From the NCBI RefSeq assembly GCF_009914755.1, contig NC_060931.1: a stretch of 64,000 nucleotides of DNA. One strand, 5' to 3'. Below the pieces are notes generated by a model. The model was not told the origin of the DNA. It searched no databases and saw only the letters and a list, made by a program, of their open reading frames with translations. Shown here piece by piece: positions 1 through 14,796 of the stretch. The stretch is from the human T2T-CHM13v2.0 reference genome, Homo sapiens. The translations under genes were made by a program, and so were the position numbers. Within the stretch, counting starts at the first letter, position 1; each line of letters starts with the position of its first letter.

Positions 1-581
1 GGTGAGAAAGTTCCAAACAGCAATCGTTTCTGGAGCCTGATTTGGATAAAACCAGATGGTCACCAAAACCATTCCATTAGGCCATTTACTGATGTGGAAT
101 GCAATTAAAATTGATTCCACTTTAATCAAAATAACTTTGAGGAGAACAAATATGTGCTGAGTATCTACAATATAAAAGAAATTTGGATAGATGATGATGA
201 GTTGGTGGAACAGTAGGTGACTCATACAGGGATGAATAAAATGTATCTTTTACAACTCAAGGAGTTTATATTCTGGGAGGGGAGAAAAGATGTGTCCAGT
301 CACTAGGCATTTCGTCAGATAATAGAAACCTGTTCCACCTACTTCTCCTCTAGAAGACAGTTTGACAAGTCTCCTTATCAACATGTAAATAATAAAAAGG
401 GTATCCAGCAAAAGAGAATATTAGCAGTTTGGGGTGGTGATAAGGACACAGCACGTAACGAGATTTCCCCTTGAGGACAATGTCAGTGTAAACAGAGACC
501 CCACGGATTACAAACTGTTGAATTCAGAGGTTATTATTAAGACATAAATTTAAAAGGGTCTTTATTGATAGGCTACCTTAC

Positions 582-1095
582 TATATTAGGGCTCTCTAGC
601 AGGACAGAACTAATAGGATAGATGCATATATAAAGGGGAGTGTATTAAGGAATATTGACTCACACGATCACAAGCTGAGATCCCACAGTAGACCGTCTAC
701 AAGCTGAGGACCAAGGAAGCCAGTCAGATTCCTAAAACCTCAAAAGTAGGGAAGCCAACAGTACAGCCTTCAGTCTGTGGTCGAAGGTCCAAGAGTACCA
801 AAGCTGACGAATTTGGAGTCCAATGTTTGAGGGCAGGAAGCATCCAGCATGGGAGAAAGATGAAGGCCAGAAGATGCAGCCAGTCCAGTCCTTCCACATT
901 CCCCTACCTGCTTTTATCCTAGCTGCACTGGCAGCTGATTAGATGGTGCCCACCCAGATTGAGGGTGGGTCTGCCTTTCCCAGTCTACTGACTCAAATGA
1001 TAATCTCCTCTGGCAACACCCTCACAGACACACCCAGGAACAATACTTTGCATCCTTCAATTCAACCAAGTTGACAGTCAGTATTAACCATCACA
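582..1095 (-). mobile_element. MLT2A (MLT2A2-like) HERV-L solo LTR, full length
   Basis: Reverse complement of the MLT2A consensus (ends ...GTATTAACCATCACA; internal GGGCAGGAAGCATCCAGCA and GCAGCTGATTAGATGGTGCCCACCCAGATT). 5-bp TSD CTTAC at 577-581 and 1096-1100. Confidence 0.92.
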
Positions 1096-2444
1096 CTTAC
1101 TTAATAGCTCTGTGTTCTCTAGCAAGTTAATGAAATCTCTGTTGACTTAATTTCTAAAATTGGAGTAAGTCCATCTTTTCTAATGCAGTTTGTGTATGTT
1201 AAATGGAAATACAAAAAAAAATCTAGCATAGTCTATGACCCAATAAAACGGTAGTTTTCTTCCTTCATTCCCAATTCCCTTCTCTTTCTTAAAAGCAAAA
1301 AATAAAATAGCAGATGTCAGGATCAGTACCAACAGGCTCTTTGGGACTATGGTTTCTTTCCATTGATTTGTAGTTCAACCCATTAAGCATATTATCAGCA
1401 CCTAGTATATTCCCAGCATGCAGCATGGCTGTTGCCTCCATGAGCCCAGTCCAGTAGAAGAAAGACCATCAGTCATACAGATATGAACCAAGTGCCCATT
1501 GAAGTATAAGCTTGTGCTGTGGGAGCACAGAAAAGTAGGGGAATGAATAATCCTGAGGAGGAAAGAGTGGATCAGAGCAGTCTCACAAAGGCATTTGAGC
1601 TGTTCCTTCAAGGTTTCCATGGTGGAGGGGGGAGGATCACATTAGCTTATTTATTTTTTACTACAGAGATTCAACATTTGCCCTTCATAAAAATTATACA
1701 GAAAATACGTTAAGAAAATAAGTTCTAAGCCATCAAGCCCATCTGATCTGAAACAGAAAAAGACTCATAATGAATATGTCAACACTTCCACATTTTTCAT
1801 TTGTTTTCTAAAGCAATTTCATCTGCAAATGAATTATGCACTCCAGGGCTAGACAGTACCTCCATTCCTACACTCCAGAAAAATGTGTTTACTTCGTTTT
1901 ACATTTCATGCAGCTCAGTGGGAAGGCAGTTGCAATGCAATTTCTGATCCAGTTTAGGGTTTGAGATGTCAGTCCTCTCTTTCTTTCTCCAGAATATGGC
2001 TAAAGCTTGTAAGACCAAGGTTGGGAGTTCACTTTTTTTTCCTCCAAGTGCATTAAGTACATAAATCATCTCTCAAGAAAGAACATAAGGTTCCTGGATT
2101 TCTATTTTGTCTGGCATGAAAACTAAAGTCCAATCTGCAAAGCATCATACTGTTATATCCATCTGCAGTGCACTAAAATCACTCGCAAAGATTGTAACTC
2201 TTGGAGCAAATTTTTAGCACAATGGGCAGAGCGGGTTGTTACTTGCCCAGGTAACTGAAGCAGGTTCTTATCTCACCTAAATTCATCTTCTGTCTGAAAA
2301 GTAAGTGTATCTCAACATGCGGTTTGAGGTTCTGAAGGGTTCCACGCTGCCCTTCCACTCAGGCAGGGAGAAGTCAGTCCTGGGATTGAGTCTGAAGATT
2401 TTGATGGACATGGTCCTGGAGCGAGTTCGGAGCTAGTGTTAAAA

Positions 2445-2460
2445 TGCCCTCTAGTGGTCA
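2445..2460 (-). promoter_or_regulatory. CTCF core motif in a CpG-retaining patch
   Basis: TGCCCTCTAGTGGTCA, i.e. TGACCACTAGAGGGCA on the minus strand, a close match to the CTCF core. About 17 CpGs lie in 2220-2760. Confidence 0.7.
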
Positions 2461-3388
2461 TTAGCTGTAACCAGTGAGCGTAGGGAAGGGAAAATCTTGT
2501 GAAACTGGCTTGGGTGTGGTTTTCTATAAACACCGACCAAAACCAGAGTCCTAGGTTATAGCGCGGGTTACTTGCATCTGTCGCGGATACCGCGATGGCG
2601 GTAGGACTTGGTATTACTTATAGAAATGGAAGCTTGCCGTTGCATTCAAAGGGTACAATCCAGGGATTTTTCTTACGCTTTCACATCTCACTGCTCTGTC
2701 CCTGAGCCCTGGGCACACACGAGAGTTTCAAGAAGTGTTGACTGAGTGACTGAATACGTGAAGGAATCCAGTTTATGAATCATGGATTCTGTGCACATTC
2801 AATGAGCTTGGCTATTTGAAAGTGCACAAATTCTTCCTGCTTTCTGAAGTATTAAATATATTTGATTTGCATCCTTTCCCCAGTGGTCGCTTGGTGAGCT
2901 AATAATTGCCTTTCCTCTTATATCTTTGAGCTGAGGAAATATAATCAAAATGTTAAGGAGAGGGGCAACAAACCCCCCCTTTGTGGGTAGAAGAGAAGGT
3001 CTGGGCTGGCAGGGCAAAAGAAAAGATGAAGAAAGGACATCCAAAAAGAAGTGGAAGTCAGAGAATGAATAAAACACATGAGCGAATGGCTGCCATCCTA
3101 TCCGAGCATCCTTCCTGATATTGTCACCCAGGGCCACCAGCAGAGGTTACATGGTGAGAACAGACAGTAGAAATCAGCCCACTCCACCGATCTGACTCCT
3201 GGTCTCCTGGGGAAATGGCATTAGGATCTAGGTTACCAACATCATAGCTTCTGCCAGGGCTTGTGTGCTTAACCCCAACAGTGGAACACCACAAATGCAC
3301 AGGGGCAGTAGCCTCCAACATCCTGACCATCTCTGAGAACCTGTCCTGCTAGCAGAGGGGACAGAGGCTGTACAAATCAGAAAGTTGA

Positions 3389-3748
3389 CGTATTAGTCCA
3401 TTTTCACGCTGCTGATAAAGACGTACCTGAGACTGCGCAATTTACAAAAGAAAAGGGTTTAATGGAAAAGTCACGGTTCCACATGGCTGGGGAAGTCTCA
3501 CAATCATGGTGGAAGGCAAGGAGGAGCAAGTCACATCTTACGTGGATGGAGGCAGGCAAGAGAGAGAGCGCTTGTGGAGGGGAATGCCTCTTTTTAAACC
3601 CGTCAGATCTCGTGAGACTTATTCACTATCACAAGAACAGCATGAGAAAGACTGGCCCCCATGATTCGATTACTTCCCACCAGGTCTCTCCCACAACACT
3701 TGGGAATTCAAAATGAGATTTGGGTAGAGACACAGCCAAACCATATCA
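3389..3748 (-). mobile_element. THE1 (THE1A/B-like) MaLR solo LTR
   Basis: Starts (C)GTATTAGTCCATTTTCACGCTGCTGATAAAGAC and ends CACAGCCAAACCATATCA, the reverse complement of THE1 termini; about 360 bp. Confidence 0.92.
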
Positions 3749-3768
3749 ATGGATAAAAGGAAATGTAA

Positions 3769-4310
3769 TGTCAACTAAAGACAAAAAAAAAGAAAAAAGA
3801 AAAAAAAAACTTTTGAAGAATTAAAGTTGGTTTTATTTAGAAGTCTTATTGGGGACTGTAGACTGAGGCCTACAACCCACAAGCAGTCTTTTACAGAGGT
3901 TTTATGAGACTGCGCCAGCACAGTATTTTAGCCCACTGTGTATATATAGGTGCTAGGGGTTTAGCATGTGCAAAGTTATATGAAACTTGTTTAGACATTA
4001 TATTAAAGTAGAACTACGTTAAGGTTTGGGTGTAAGGGTATATCTGGTTCTAGATTATAGAAGTGTCATCACTAATCTCCCCAGATGTTATTTTATGCGT
4101 AGGAGAAGGTAAGGACTAGGTTCATTTGTCTTTTAAGGAATATAGTGACTTAGGTAGGAGAGATGGGGGCCAGGTGTTCTGTTTTATTTTGTCGTTTTGG
4201 AGAGCTGTATGTCATCACAGAGTTGGGGCTTTGTGAAATTATGTTGGCACAGAGACAAGCAAACTTAGCTGCTTATGTATGTGATTTTGTCTCACAAGTT
4301 CTCTCTTTAG
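3769..4310 (-). mobile_element. ERV1-class LTR (MER65/MER67-like; subfamily uncertain)
   Basis: TGTCAACTAAAG terminus and the AAAGTTGGTTTTATTTAGAAGTCTTA..GACTGAGGCCTACA..CAGTATTTTAGCCCACTG block typical of MER4-group LTRs. Boundaries approximate. Confidence 0.55.
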
Positions 4311-4499
4311 GTCACAAATTAACTCTGGCCATATTTATAAAAACAATATTGATTGTGTTATGTAGCTGAGAAGGCTGTTTTTTAGGAAGGTTGGTAATCT
4401 TTAGTTGTAGTTGTAAGGAATGAGTATTGAGCCCAGTGTGTATATTTATTTATTCATTGGAAAATATGTTTTGGATTATATTTATGTTTTAATTACTAG

Positions 4500-4876
<377 letters not shown>

Positions 4877-5221
4877 TAACATTTTAATAGGACATTATAA
4901 GGATATTATAGATTACATATAGTAGTCTATATTTAATAGTAATATGATTTATAGATTTTGAAAAAATAAAACCAATAAAATCAGAATATGCATTTGTATT
5001 TTTTTACTAATTGTACCTTTTGTATTTATATTTACTAGTATTTTTTATGAAAAGCAATTTTGGACTGGAGTTGATTGAGAATACTTTTAGAGAAGAATTT
5101 GGAATAACAACTGGGTTGTCTTGTGCATTTCCTGTGGGCATGATGCCAGCCTTGCTCTTCTATGGCAAAGGATACAGGTTGGCACATGGAGGAGCTTGGC
5201 CTCTGCAAGCCCACAGACCTC

Positions 5222-5372
5222 TGGGCTAGCTACTCAGCAACTATGTGTCCTCTAGACACAGTAACTTAATCTCTGTGCCTCAGTTTCCTCAACTGTAACA
5301 TGGGGCGAATAAGAGTATGTGCCGACAGAGTTGTGTGCAATTAAAAAAATAATATGTGTAAAGTACTTATGG
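5222..5372 (+). mobile_element. MIR
   Basis: MIR core: ACTTAATCTCTGTGCCTCAGTTTCCTCAACTGTAACATGGGG. Confidence 0.8.
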
Positions 5373-7582
5373 TGGGATCCCACCTGCAGTTCGCCTCCAG
5401 GAAATGTTAGATGCTGATGTGGAGGAGGATGAAGGGGAGGACCAGATGTTTTTCCTGCTGCTGGCATATTCTGCGCGCTGCTCTTCCTTCTCCCAAATCC
5501 TTTCAGCAGCATTTTCTTTCTTCCCGAGATTGCCAAGGGAACCCAGGCAGAATGCCAGGAACTAAACCTCTCTGGAAGATTGACGGAAGAAGAGCTGGGA
5601 TTTGAGCAAGATAGAGCGGGCTCAGGGTCACCATGAGGTTCAAGGTCTGCAGACTCCCCCAAGCTTTCTCTCGAGTAGATTTGAACACACAATCCAAGTC
5701 CAAATCCAAATTTAATAGGCTTCTGTACTGAGAATTCAGCTCAGCCAATTGTGTTAGAGCCTTAATGCACATGGGTACACACACACACACACTCAGTGCA
5801 CACAATGAGCACTCGTACAGGGCCGGGTCACAAAAGAAGCGAATGTCCATCATCTCCCTTCACTTCCCCTGGTCTTTTCTAGTCTCCATTCCTCACCATT
5901 TCTACTGAATTCTCCCATCCCTCTCCACCTTCTACTTCTGGAACGAGCTCCAAACATAGCATTAAAAAGCTTCAGTGTTTCCAGGGAACAGAGCATTGCT
6001 GCTTTCCATAAACTGGCAGAACTGGTCGTTAAATGGAACTTTCAGGCATTCCCCCACATTCTGAAGTCACTCTCTATGTAATGATCTTCCTGATACACCT
6101 TTCTGCTCTTTCACCTGGAAAAGAATTTGAAGGATGTGGTTATCAGTCCTCTGATGATGCCAATGTTTCGACTCCATCCTGAATATTGTTATTGCTGCCA
6201 AAACCTACTGGTAAAGTAATATCAATAGAGCCACCGTACTAAAAAGGATGTGTCTGCTACGTTGTTTTCTTTAATATCAAGGACTTTAACTATATTACAG
6301 TTAAAATCAATAGAAATGTAACCTTTTCAACCACATAAAATGAGTTCATTTTTATTATTATTCTTTTTCTGCTGTTACAGTGCTGTGATTGCAAAAGCAA
6401 CCGGGTCAACTTAAGCTTTATTGAAAGACCATTAAAGAAACAAACTCAAACTCATTTAAATACTGAAGCTGGTGCATTAAAAAGATCAATAAAGTAAAAG
6501 CAACTGGGGTTGCTTTACTTAAACACCCCACATACGAGAATCATTCCACAATCACAATTTGAGCAAACCTATAAAACTAGGAGACCAGCCAATAAAGAAG
6601 AAAACGCTGTTTCATTACTAGGTTTAGACCCATAAAGCCCTTAACTTTAGTCTGATTAGACATACTGCATTTAAATTTTCTCTCAGTATTTTAAAACATC
6701 ATCCAGCAAAGACTTATTGATCAATGAATGTCATTTACTTAGGAAAGCCATTAGCTCCCTGAGTTAGGGGAATGACTCAGTGGTAGAAAGTGCAGTTTCA
6801 TTTATTTAAAAATAAACACAAGATTAGGCTACAGTGAAGGGAAGTTCTAGACTCACAGGGAGTCAGGAAATTTTCTTTCTATCCTTGCTGAGCGTGGTAT
6901 CTTGAACATAGTTATTTGTATTCAATTGAATGTTTACTACCAATTCTGTGGCCATGGATTAGACACAAACCTCTTTGTGTGTGCCTCAGTTTCCCCAGAG
7001 GTAGAACGCATTAATATCCTTTTCTCCCTCTTTCTCTGGATAAGAAAACAAAAATGATTGACACAAACCTCTTCAAGTTCTTCCTTAAAAACTATAATAC
7101 AAACTATAAACCTTAGTGGTAATATGTACTTAGAATAATTTTAGAATCAGATTGGTCCTTATTGGCCATGAGTCCAACCCTTGACCAGTCTCTGCTTATA
7201 TTACTAGTTATGGAAAACATGCTATTTTTCTTCTTAAAATACCATTTATTGTGTTTTTCTAATTATACATTTAAATATATTTATTATAGAAAGTACAGAA
7301 GAGAACACAGAGGAAAATCAGGTTTGCTTGTGAGTCCCATTTAAAATCAGCCCTCGACCCTTCTCCACCAAACCCGTCTTGCTTACTCCAGGGCATTGCT
7401 GAGCAGTTCTCTGTCTTCGTTCTCTACTGACTCATTCCCATCAGCAAATAAGCATGCAGATATTTCTCTTACTTTAAAACAAAAATTTCTCCTGAGACCA
7501 CTTTCCCCACATCTTTGTTTTTCTTTGCAATAAAACGCCCGGCAATAGTTATCTATGCTTGCTGTTTCGGGTCAGCTTCTCC

Positions 7583-9149
<1,567 letters not shown>

Positions 9150-9150
<1 letters not shown>

Positions 9151-10478
9151 TTCCCAATCCCAGCTGGGCTGCTGTCCACCACTGCTTAAAGCTACTCTTA
9201 TGGATACTATCAATGACCTTCTCACCACCAAACCCACTGGCTACTTCACAGTTCTCCTGCTGCTCCACTTAAAGGCAGCATCTGAAACCAGGGAGCCCTT
9301 GGCTTTTAGGGAACACTGCTCCTGTCCTCCTTCTCCCTCATGGGCCCCTTTTGCTCTGTCTCCTTCACTGTTTCTCTCCTTCCTGACCTCCTTCAGTGGG
9401 CGTGCTTCCAGTGCTTTACCATTTGTATTCACTCCTGTGATGATCTCATCCAATGTCGTGCTCTTAAATTTTATCTCTGTGCCTCAAACTCCAAATTATT
9501 ATCTCAACCCAAACCTCGCCATGAACTGCCGACTCACACACCAAACTGACTCCCAGATATCTAACTGATTCTTGATGTCTGATAAACACTCCGAACACAA
9601 TATCTCCAAATCTGACCTCCTGATCTGCCCCTTCCCACAACCTGCCCTGCTTATAGCCTTTCCAATTTCAGCTGATGGCAACTCCATCCTTCCAGCTGGT
9701 CAGGATTAAAACCTTGGAATATCACTAGAACATCACTCACTGGTTCTCACAGCTCACATCCGGTTTTTCAGAACCTCATGCTGGTTCTACCCTGAAAACA
9801 TCCAAATTCTGACCAGCCTCCCACCTTGCACATCTGCTGCTCGGGCTCCAGACTCCATCCTGTTCTGCAGAGGCCTCCTGACGGGTCTCCAAGCTTCCTC
9901 CCTTGCCCTTGCAGGAGCGTCTCTGACATCACTACCCCATCTGTTTAAAGTACGAGTTCTCTGCTCAACACCCACTGACAGTCCTCGTTTCTCTGAGGAC
10001 AAGCCAAAGTCTTTCCAGTGACCTGCAGGACTCCACAGGAACTAGCCCCGTGACCCTCCCCTTTTCATGCTACTTGAGCCTCACTGGCTTCATGCCGGGA
10101 ATTCTCCCGCCTTGGCTGCTCTCTCTGCCTGAGTGTTCTTTCCCTGGGTTTCTGCAGGGCTAACCCCTCGAATCCCTCAAGTCTTCATTGAATCTCCTTT
10201 TCTCAGTGAGGCTACCCTGACCGCCTTATTTAGGGTTGCAGTCTGACTTTTACACCAGGCCTCTTATTGGGCTCTAATTTGAGGGAAAAGACTTCGAATT
10301 TATCCCCTCCTACCATATTACATCATTTACTTTTTCTCTGTGTCTCTCTATACTAGGAAGGAAGCGATATGAGGGTTAGGATTTGGGGCTTTTTGTTCAC
10401 TGATGTATCCTAAGTACCTAGAACAGTCAGTTCAAGGCACCTTATGGGCACTTGACAAACGTTTCTTGAATGAATAAA
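9150..10478 (+). mobile_element. L2 (L2a-type) 3' portion; upstream piece at ~7440-7585
   Basis: L2 text (GATGGCAACTCCATCCTTCCAGCTGGTCAGG..AAAACCTTGGAATATCA) ending in the L2 3' end GTTCACTGATGTATCC..CCTAGAACAGT..TGAATGAATAAA. Confidence 0.8.
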
Positions 10479-10732
10479 CGGACCTGTGATGTGACTACAG
10501 ATTCCTTCCCACACGATGCACTCGGAGGCCCCTTTCTTCCCACCCAGCCAGTGCCAGGCATTCTGCAGCAACACTGCTCCATCATCCTCTTTTCTCTGCC
10601 CCTGCAGATTGACATCTTCAGCTCCCTGGCCACCAGATTATGGTTGGGTTCAGCTAGCAGAACACTGCAGGAAAACACAGGGGGAGGCACGAGAGATCGG
10701 GGTCTGTCCTGTCCTCACCTCTATCCTGCTTC

Positions 10733-11000
10733 TTCCCAAAGTGCTGGGATTACAGGAGTGAACCACCGTACCCGGCCTCATTTTACTTATTATAGCCACA
10801 GGTTCAAATCTATTCATATTTTTGTTTTGCTTTGTTTTTTCTGCTCTGTTTAGAGTCGGAGTCTCACTCTGTCATGCAGACTGGAGTGCAGTCACACAAT
10901 CACAGCTCACTGCAATCTTGAACTCCTAGGCTCAAGCAATCCTCCTGCCTCAGCCTCCCAAAGTGCTGAGATGACAGGTGTGCACCACCATGCTCAGCCC
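10733..11000 (-). mobile_element. Two Alu fragments (45-bp 5' remnant and a FLAM/monomer)
   Basis: CCCAAAGTGCTGGGATTACAGGAGTGAACCACCGTACCCGGCC at 10733-10777; monomer at ~10850-11000. Confidence 0.8.
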
Positions 11001-11054
11001 ATATTTATTTTTTAACCCTTGTTCTATTATTACCTCACTCTCTGCAAAGACTTC

Positions 11055-11580
11055 TAGAACCAACTACTTGGAGTTAGGCCAAACTTTACAGCTCCAAGGG
11101 CACAGTCCTCCACAAGACTGGTCTCACGTCAAACCCCAGCTGCAAGCCCAGGGGTCTCCAGGTGACCCTCATTTACAAGCAGCTGGCTACAAATTCAGAG
11201 GTTCCCACTACTCCCTCAGGTCAATAATTTGCTAGAATGATTTGCAGAACTCGGGAAAGCACTATACTTATGATCAAGTTTTACTATAAAGGATACAATC
11301 CAGACCGGCCAAAGGGAGAGATGCAGGTGGCAAGATTTGTCCCAAATGCAAAGCTTCTTTGTCCTAAGGACACACTACCCTCCCTGCACATCAGTGTGTG
11401 ACAATGCCCAGAGTATTACAAACCAGGGACATTTACTGAGCTTCGGTGTCCAAAGTTTTTTTTAGAGGTTTCATTACACAGGCTTGGTTGATTGAATCAT
11501 TGGCCACAAAGGTGAACTCAATCTCCAGTCCCTCTGCCTTATCTGGGGTTTGGGCTCAATGCTCCCAACTCTAATTGCAT
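11055..11580. mobile_element. MER21-type LTR
   Basis: Diagnostic AACTACTTGGAGTTAG..CAGTCCTCCACAAGACTG..CTCAGGTCAATAATTTGCTAGAATGATTTGCAGAACTCGGGAAAGCAC. Confidence 0.75.
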
Positions 11581-12982
11581 GTTTGATGAAAAGAAGGGAG
11601 AAGGAAAACATAAAAACCCTCCTCCTTACATGAATGCCCTTCTCTCCTCAGTTCTCATCACTGCTCTTCTAGCTAGCTTTCTCTTGGCCCAAAGTACACA
11701 AATGGTGGCTCCAGCAGGTTCCCTATTCCTGGACATTTTCAATTCTAAGCAGCAGCCTCAGGCATTGGTGATCCTATTGGATGATCCAGTCACATGTTCT
11801 TCCTAAATGCCAAGGGTATGATTATGCTACATTGCTTGGAGGAGTGTGCAGCCTTGCCTCATTCTGCAGAAGTTCCCAGCCATGCTGTAGCCCCAGTTCC
11901 ATATACGTACCACAGCCACCAACACAGGAGCCTGTAGGGCACAGTCAGAATCCATCTTCTTTACCTCTTGGGTTCAGATAACCAAGCAAAGTTCTCCTCC
12001 AGGCCATTTTCATGTTCTCTCTGTCTTCAATACACATTCTCCTATATATGCCTCATAGTCCTGATTAGGTTAGCAGGCCCTGTGGTTGAGCAGACTTCCA
12101 ATTTGGGAATTGAATGTCAGTTTCTTCCTACATTTAGGCCCAGAATCACCCTACTCTTGCCCAATGTCTTTGAACTGTTTCTTCATCCAGATCTTTTCAT
12201 CCCTTAATACATTCTTTCTCTCAAGAAGAATATCAGTTTCTCAAGGAGAGAGATCCTGGGGTCTCTCCAGACACACCGACATGTGCTTGAGTCCCAACGT
12301 AGCTACACATGAACTAATTCGTCAGCCCCTTAGGGTCTTGATCAGGTCACCTTGAGCCACAATTTTCACCAACCTTTCCTCTCTGATGGAAATCTGAAGT
12401 CCTCCCTGGGATTTCCAAGGGTTCTTTCTGCTTCCAGGTGCTTTCTTCTGTGGGTGATCTCTCTGATCCAGAGAATATCCACCCAGAATGAAGCTCAGCA
12501 CTTCCTTTGGTTCACAAACACACAACCGCCCAAAGCATTCACTGAGCAGTAGCCTCTATTGACTATTTCAGGGTCGGGGAGAGGGGTACACAGCACATTA
12601 ACAAATCACTGCAAGTCATAGAGTAGATATTCATGCCCTCAATAGTTCCTTTACCCATCCTTCTATAGAGGCTTCTCATAGCCCTTCACGCCAGGCAGTG
12701 CCAGTCTTTCTGCTTTCACCCCAGGCAGTGCCAGGATTTTGATTTCTCCTGATTCATGCTCCCTGGCTCCCCACCTGCTTCCTCACCCATCTCCAGGTCT
12801 CCCCCACTATTATATACAATAACAAGCTGACTCTTCCCAAAACAGGGTCCAAGCTTGCTGGCCCAGAGTAGTCAGGTGCTCAACAGATGCAAAAACTTGG
12901 ATTTGACCCCCTTTAAAGGAGTTGTGGTTACAAATAACAACAACAATGAGAATTTGGGGGTGATCCTATGCCAGAATAACAG

Positions 12983-12996
12983 AGATAGATAGATAC

Positions 12997-13041
<45 letters not shown>

Positions 13042-13046
13042 CAGAT

Positions 13047-13078
<32 letters not shown>

Positions 13079-13091
13079 TTGATTGATAGAT
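12983..13091 (+). repeat. Compound (AGAT)n tetranucleotide STR
   Basis: [AGAT]3 ACAT [AGAT]10 AGAC AGAT GAT [AGAT]7 ATT GATT GAT AGAT. Confidence 0.97.
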
Positions 13092-13186
13092 GAAAAACTG
13101 TAACCCCAGTTTTGTATACATCAATCCAAACTTTGCATCCTAGCATTCAAAGCCCTTCACAACGTATCTTCCATTTACCTTCTATT

Positions 13187-13291
13187 GTCTTCTACCATTC
13201 TTTTCCAAAACACATCCTAAGGACCAGCATGGCTGGTGTCGTCTACCATTTTTTTTCCAAAACACATCCTAAAGATCAATGAGGCTAGTGA
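13187..13291 (+). repeat. Imperfect ~52-bp tandem duplication
   Basis: TCTACCATT(C/T)TTTTCCAAAACACATCCTAA(G/A)GA occurs at ~13191 and again at ~13242. Confidence 0.85.
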
Positions 13292-13835
13292 CCTCAACAC
13301 CCTTAGAGAAATTTGGTTTATTATTCCTCCTTCAAAACGCCTCCACTCTGCCAATCTACTGTACCATGATGACACTTATTCTCCATATTACATATTTTAG
13401 AATTAGGGGTAACATTTTACATTTAATTTTAGTAGATTGTCTTAGAATATTATTCCTTCATTGTTTCATGTCATGTTTTCCAAACAAGAATCTAAAGCGC
13501 CTTGAGCCCAGCTGGGAACATCTGCACGTCATCAGCTGGACTCCAGTCCCAGTGCTCAAGGTGGCTGGACCACAAAACCACATGGAAGCCCTTGCATAAT
13601 GTTAGGAGGTGTCAGCAAGATGATTTGAGTCTTACGCCGAGGCCTCTCTCTTCCCACAGGGGGTCTGCACCACCCCCAGCAGCCAAGTTACCCTGTGACA
13701 GTCATTCATCTGTGCTCTGGGTGGCCCATGGGATGAGTGTACTACTGGGCAGGTGTAACTTCAGGGGCACGCACAGCAGACATCCCCAGCTGACATGACA
13801 ACCTACTGGCTTCTCAAGATTTGACTAATCATATA

Positions 13836-14071
13836 TAGTCATCCCACAATATCCTCGGGGTATCGGTTTCAGGACCCCCAAGTACATCAAACCTCATGCA
13901 TACTCAAATCTTGTGGTCAGCTCTGAGGAACCTGCATCTAGCAAGGGCCGACTTTGCATATACGCAGGTCCTGCATCCCAAGAATACTGTATTTTTGATC
14001 CGCATTTGGTTGAAAAAAAAATCCACTTGTAAGCAGTGCAGTTCAAGCCCATGTTGTTTAAGGGTGAACTA
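13836..14071 (+). mobile_element. MER8 (TcMar-Tigger non-autonomous)
   Basis: GCATCCCAAGAATACTGTATTTTTGATCCGCATTTGGTTGAAAAAAAAATCCAC and 3' TIR GTTGTTTAAGGGTGAACT; about 236 bp. Confidence 0.85.
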
Positions 14072-14497
14072 CATTTCTGTGAGGGGATCATCTTCAAATA
14101 AAGTCCTTGTTTCTGTACCAGTTACAGCAAAGGCCCTGCTTTGAGAATTTAACAGTCAGAGTAGCCACCCACTTCAAAACTGACCAGTCCCATCCGTGGC
14201 AAGCAGACGATGTGACATCAACGGCACTTACCGCACCAGGCTAATACAGTTATCCTGGTCGTAGTTTCATTTTACTGAAGGCCTTATTAAAGCGCCCCCA
14301 CACAACTCAGCCAGGAATTCACCAGGAACCAAATTTAAACAAATCAAACCCCGAAAACGTGCTCAACAATTCAAGATTACAGAAGGGAATAAAGACGAAA
14401 ATAAGAAAAGCCTCAATCATATTTGTCATATCTCCATCGTTTCTCATAATAATTCTCAAAGTTCTTTATTCCTTTCATTTATTTAATTAAAAACTTA

Positions 14498-14796
<299 letters not shown>

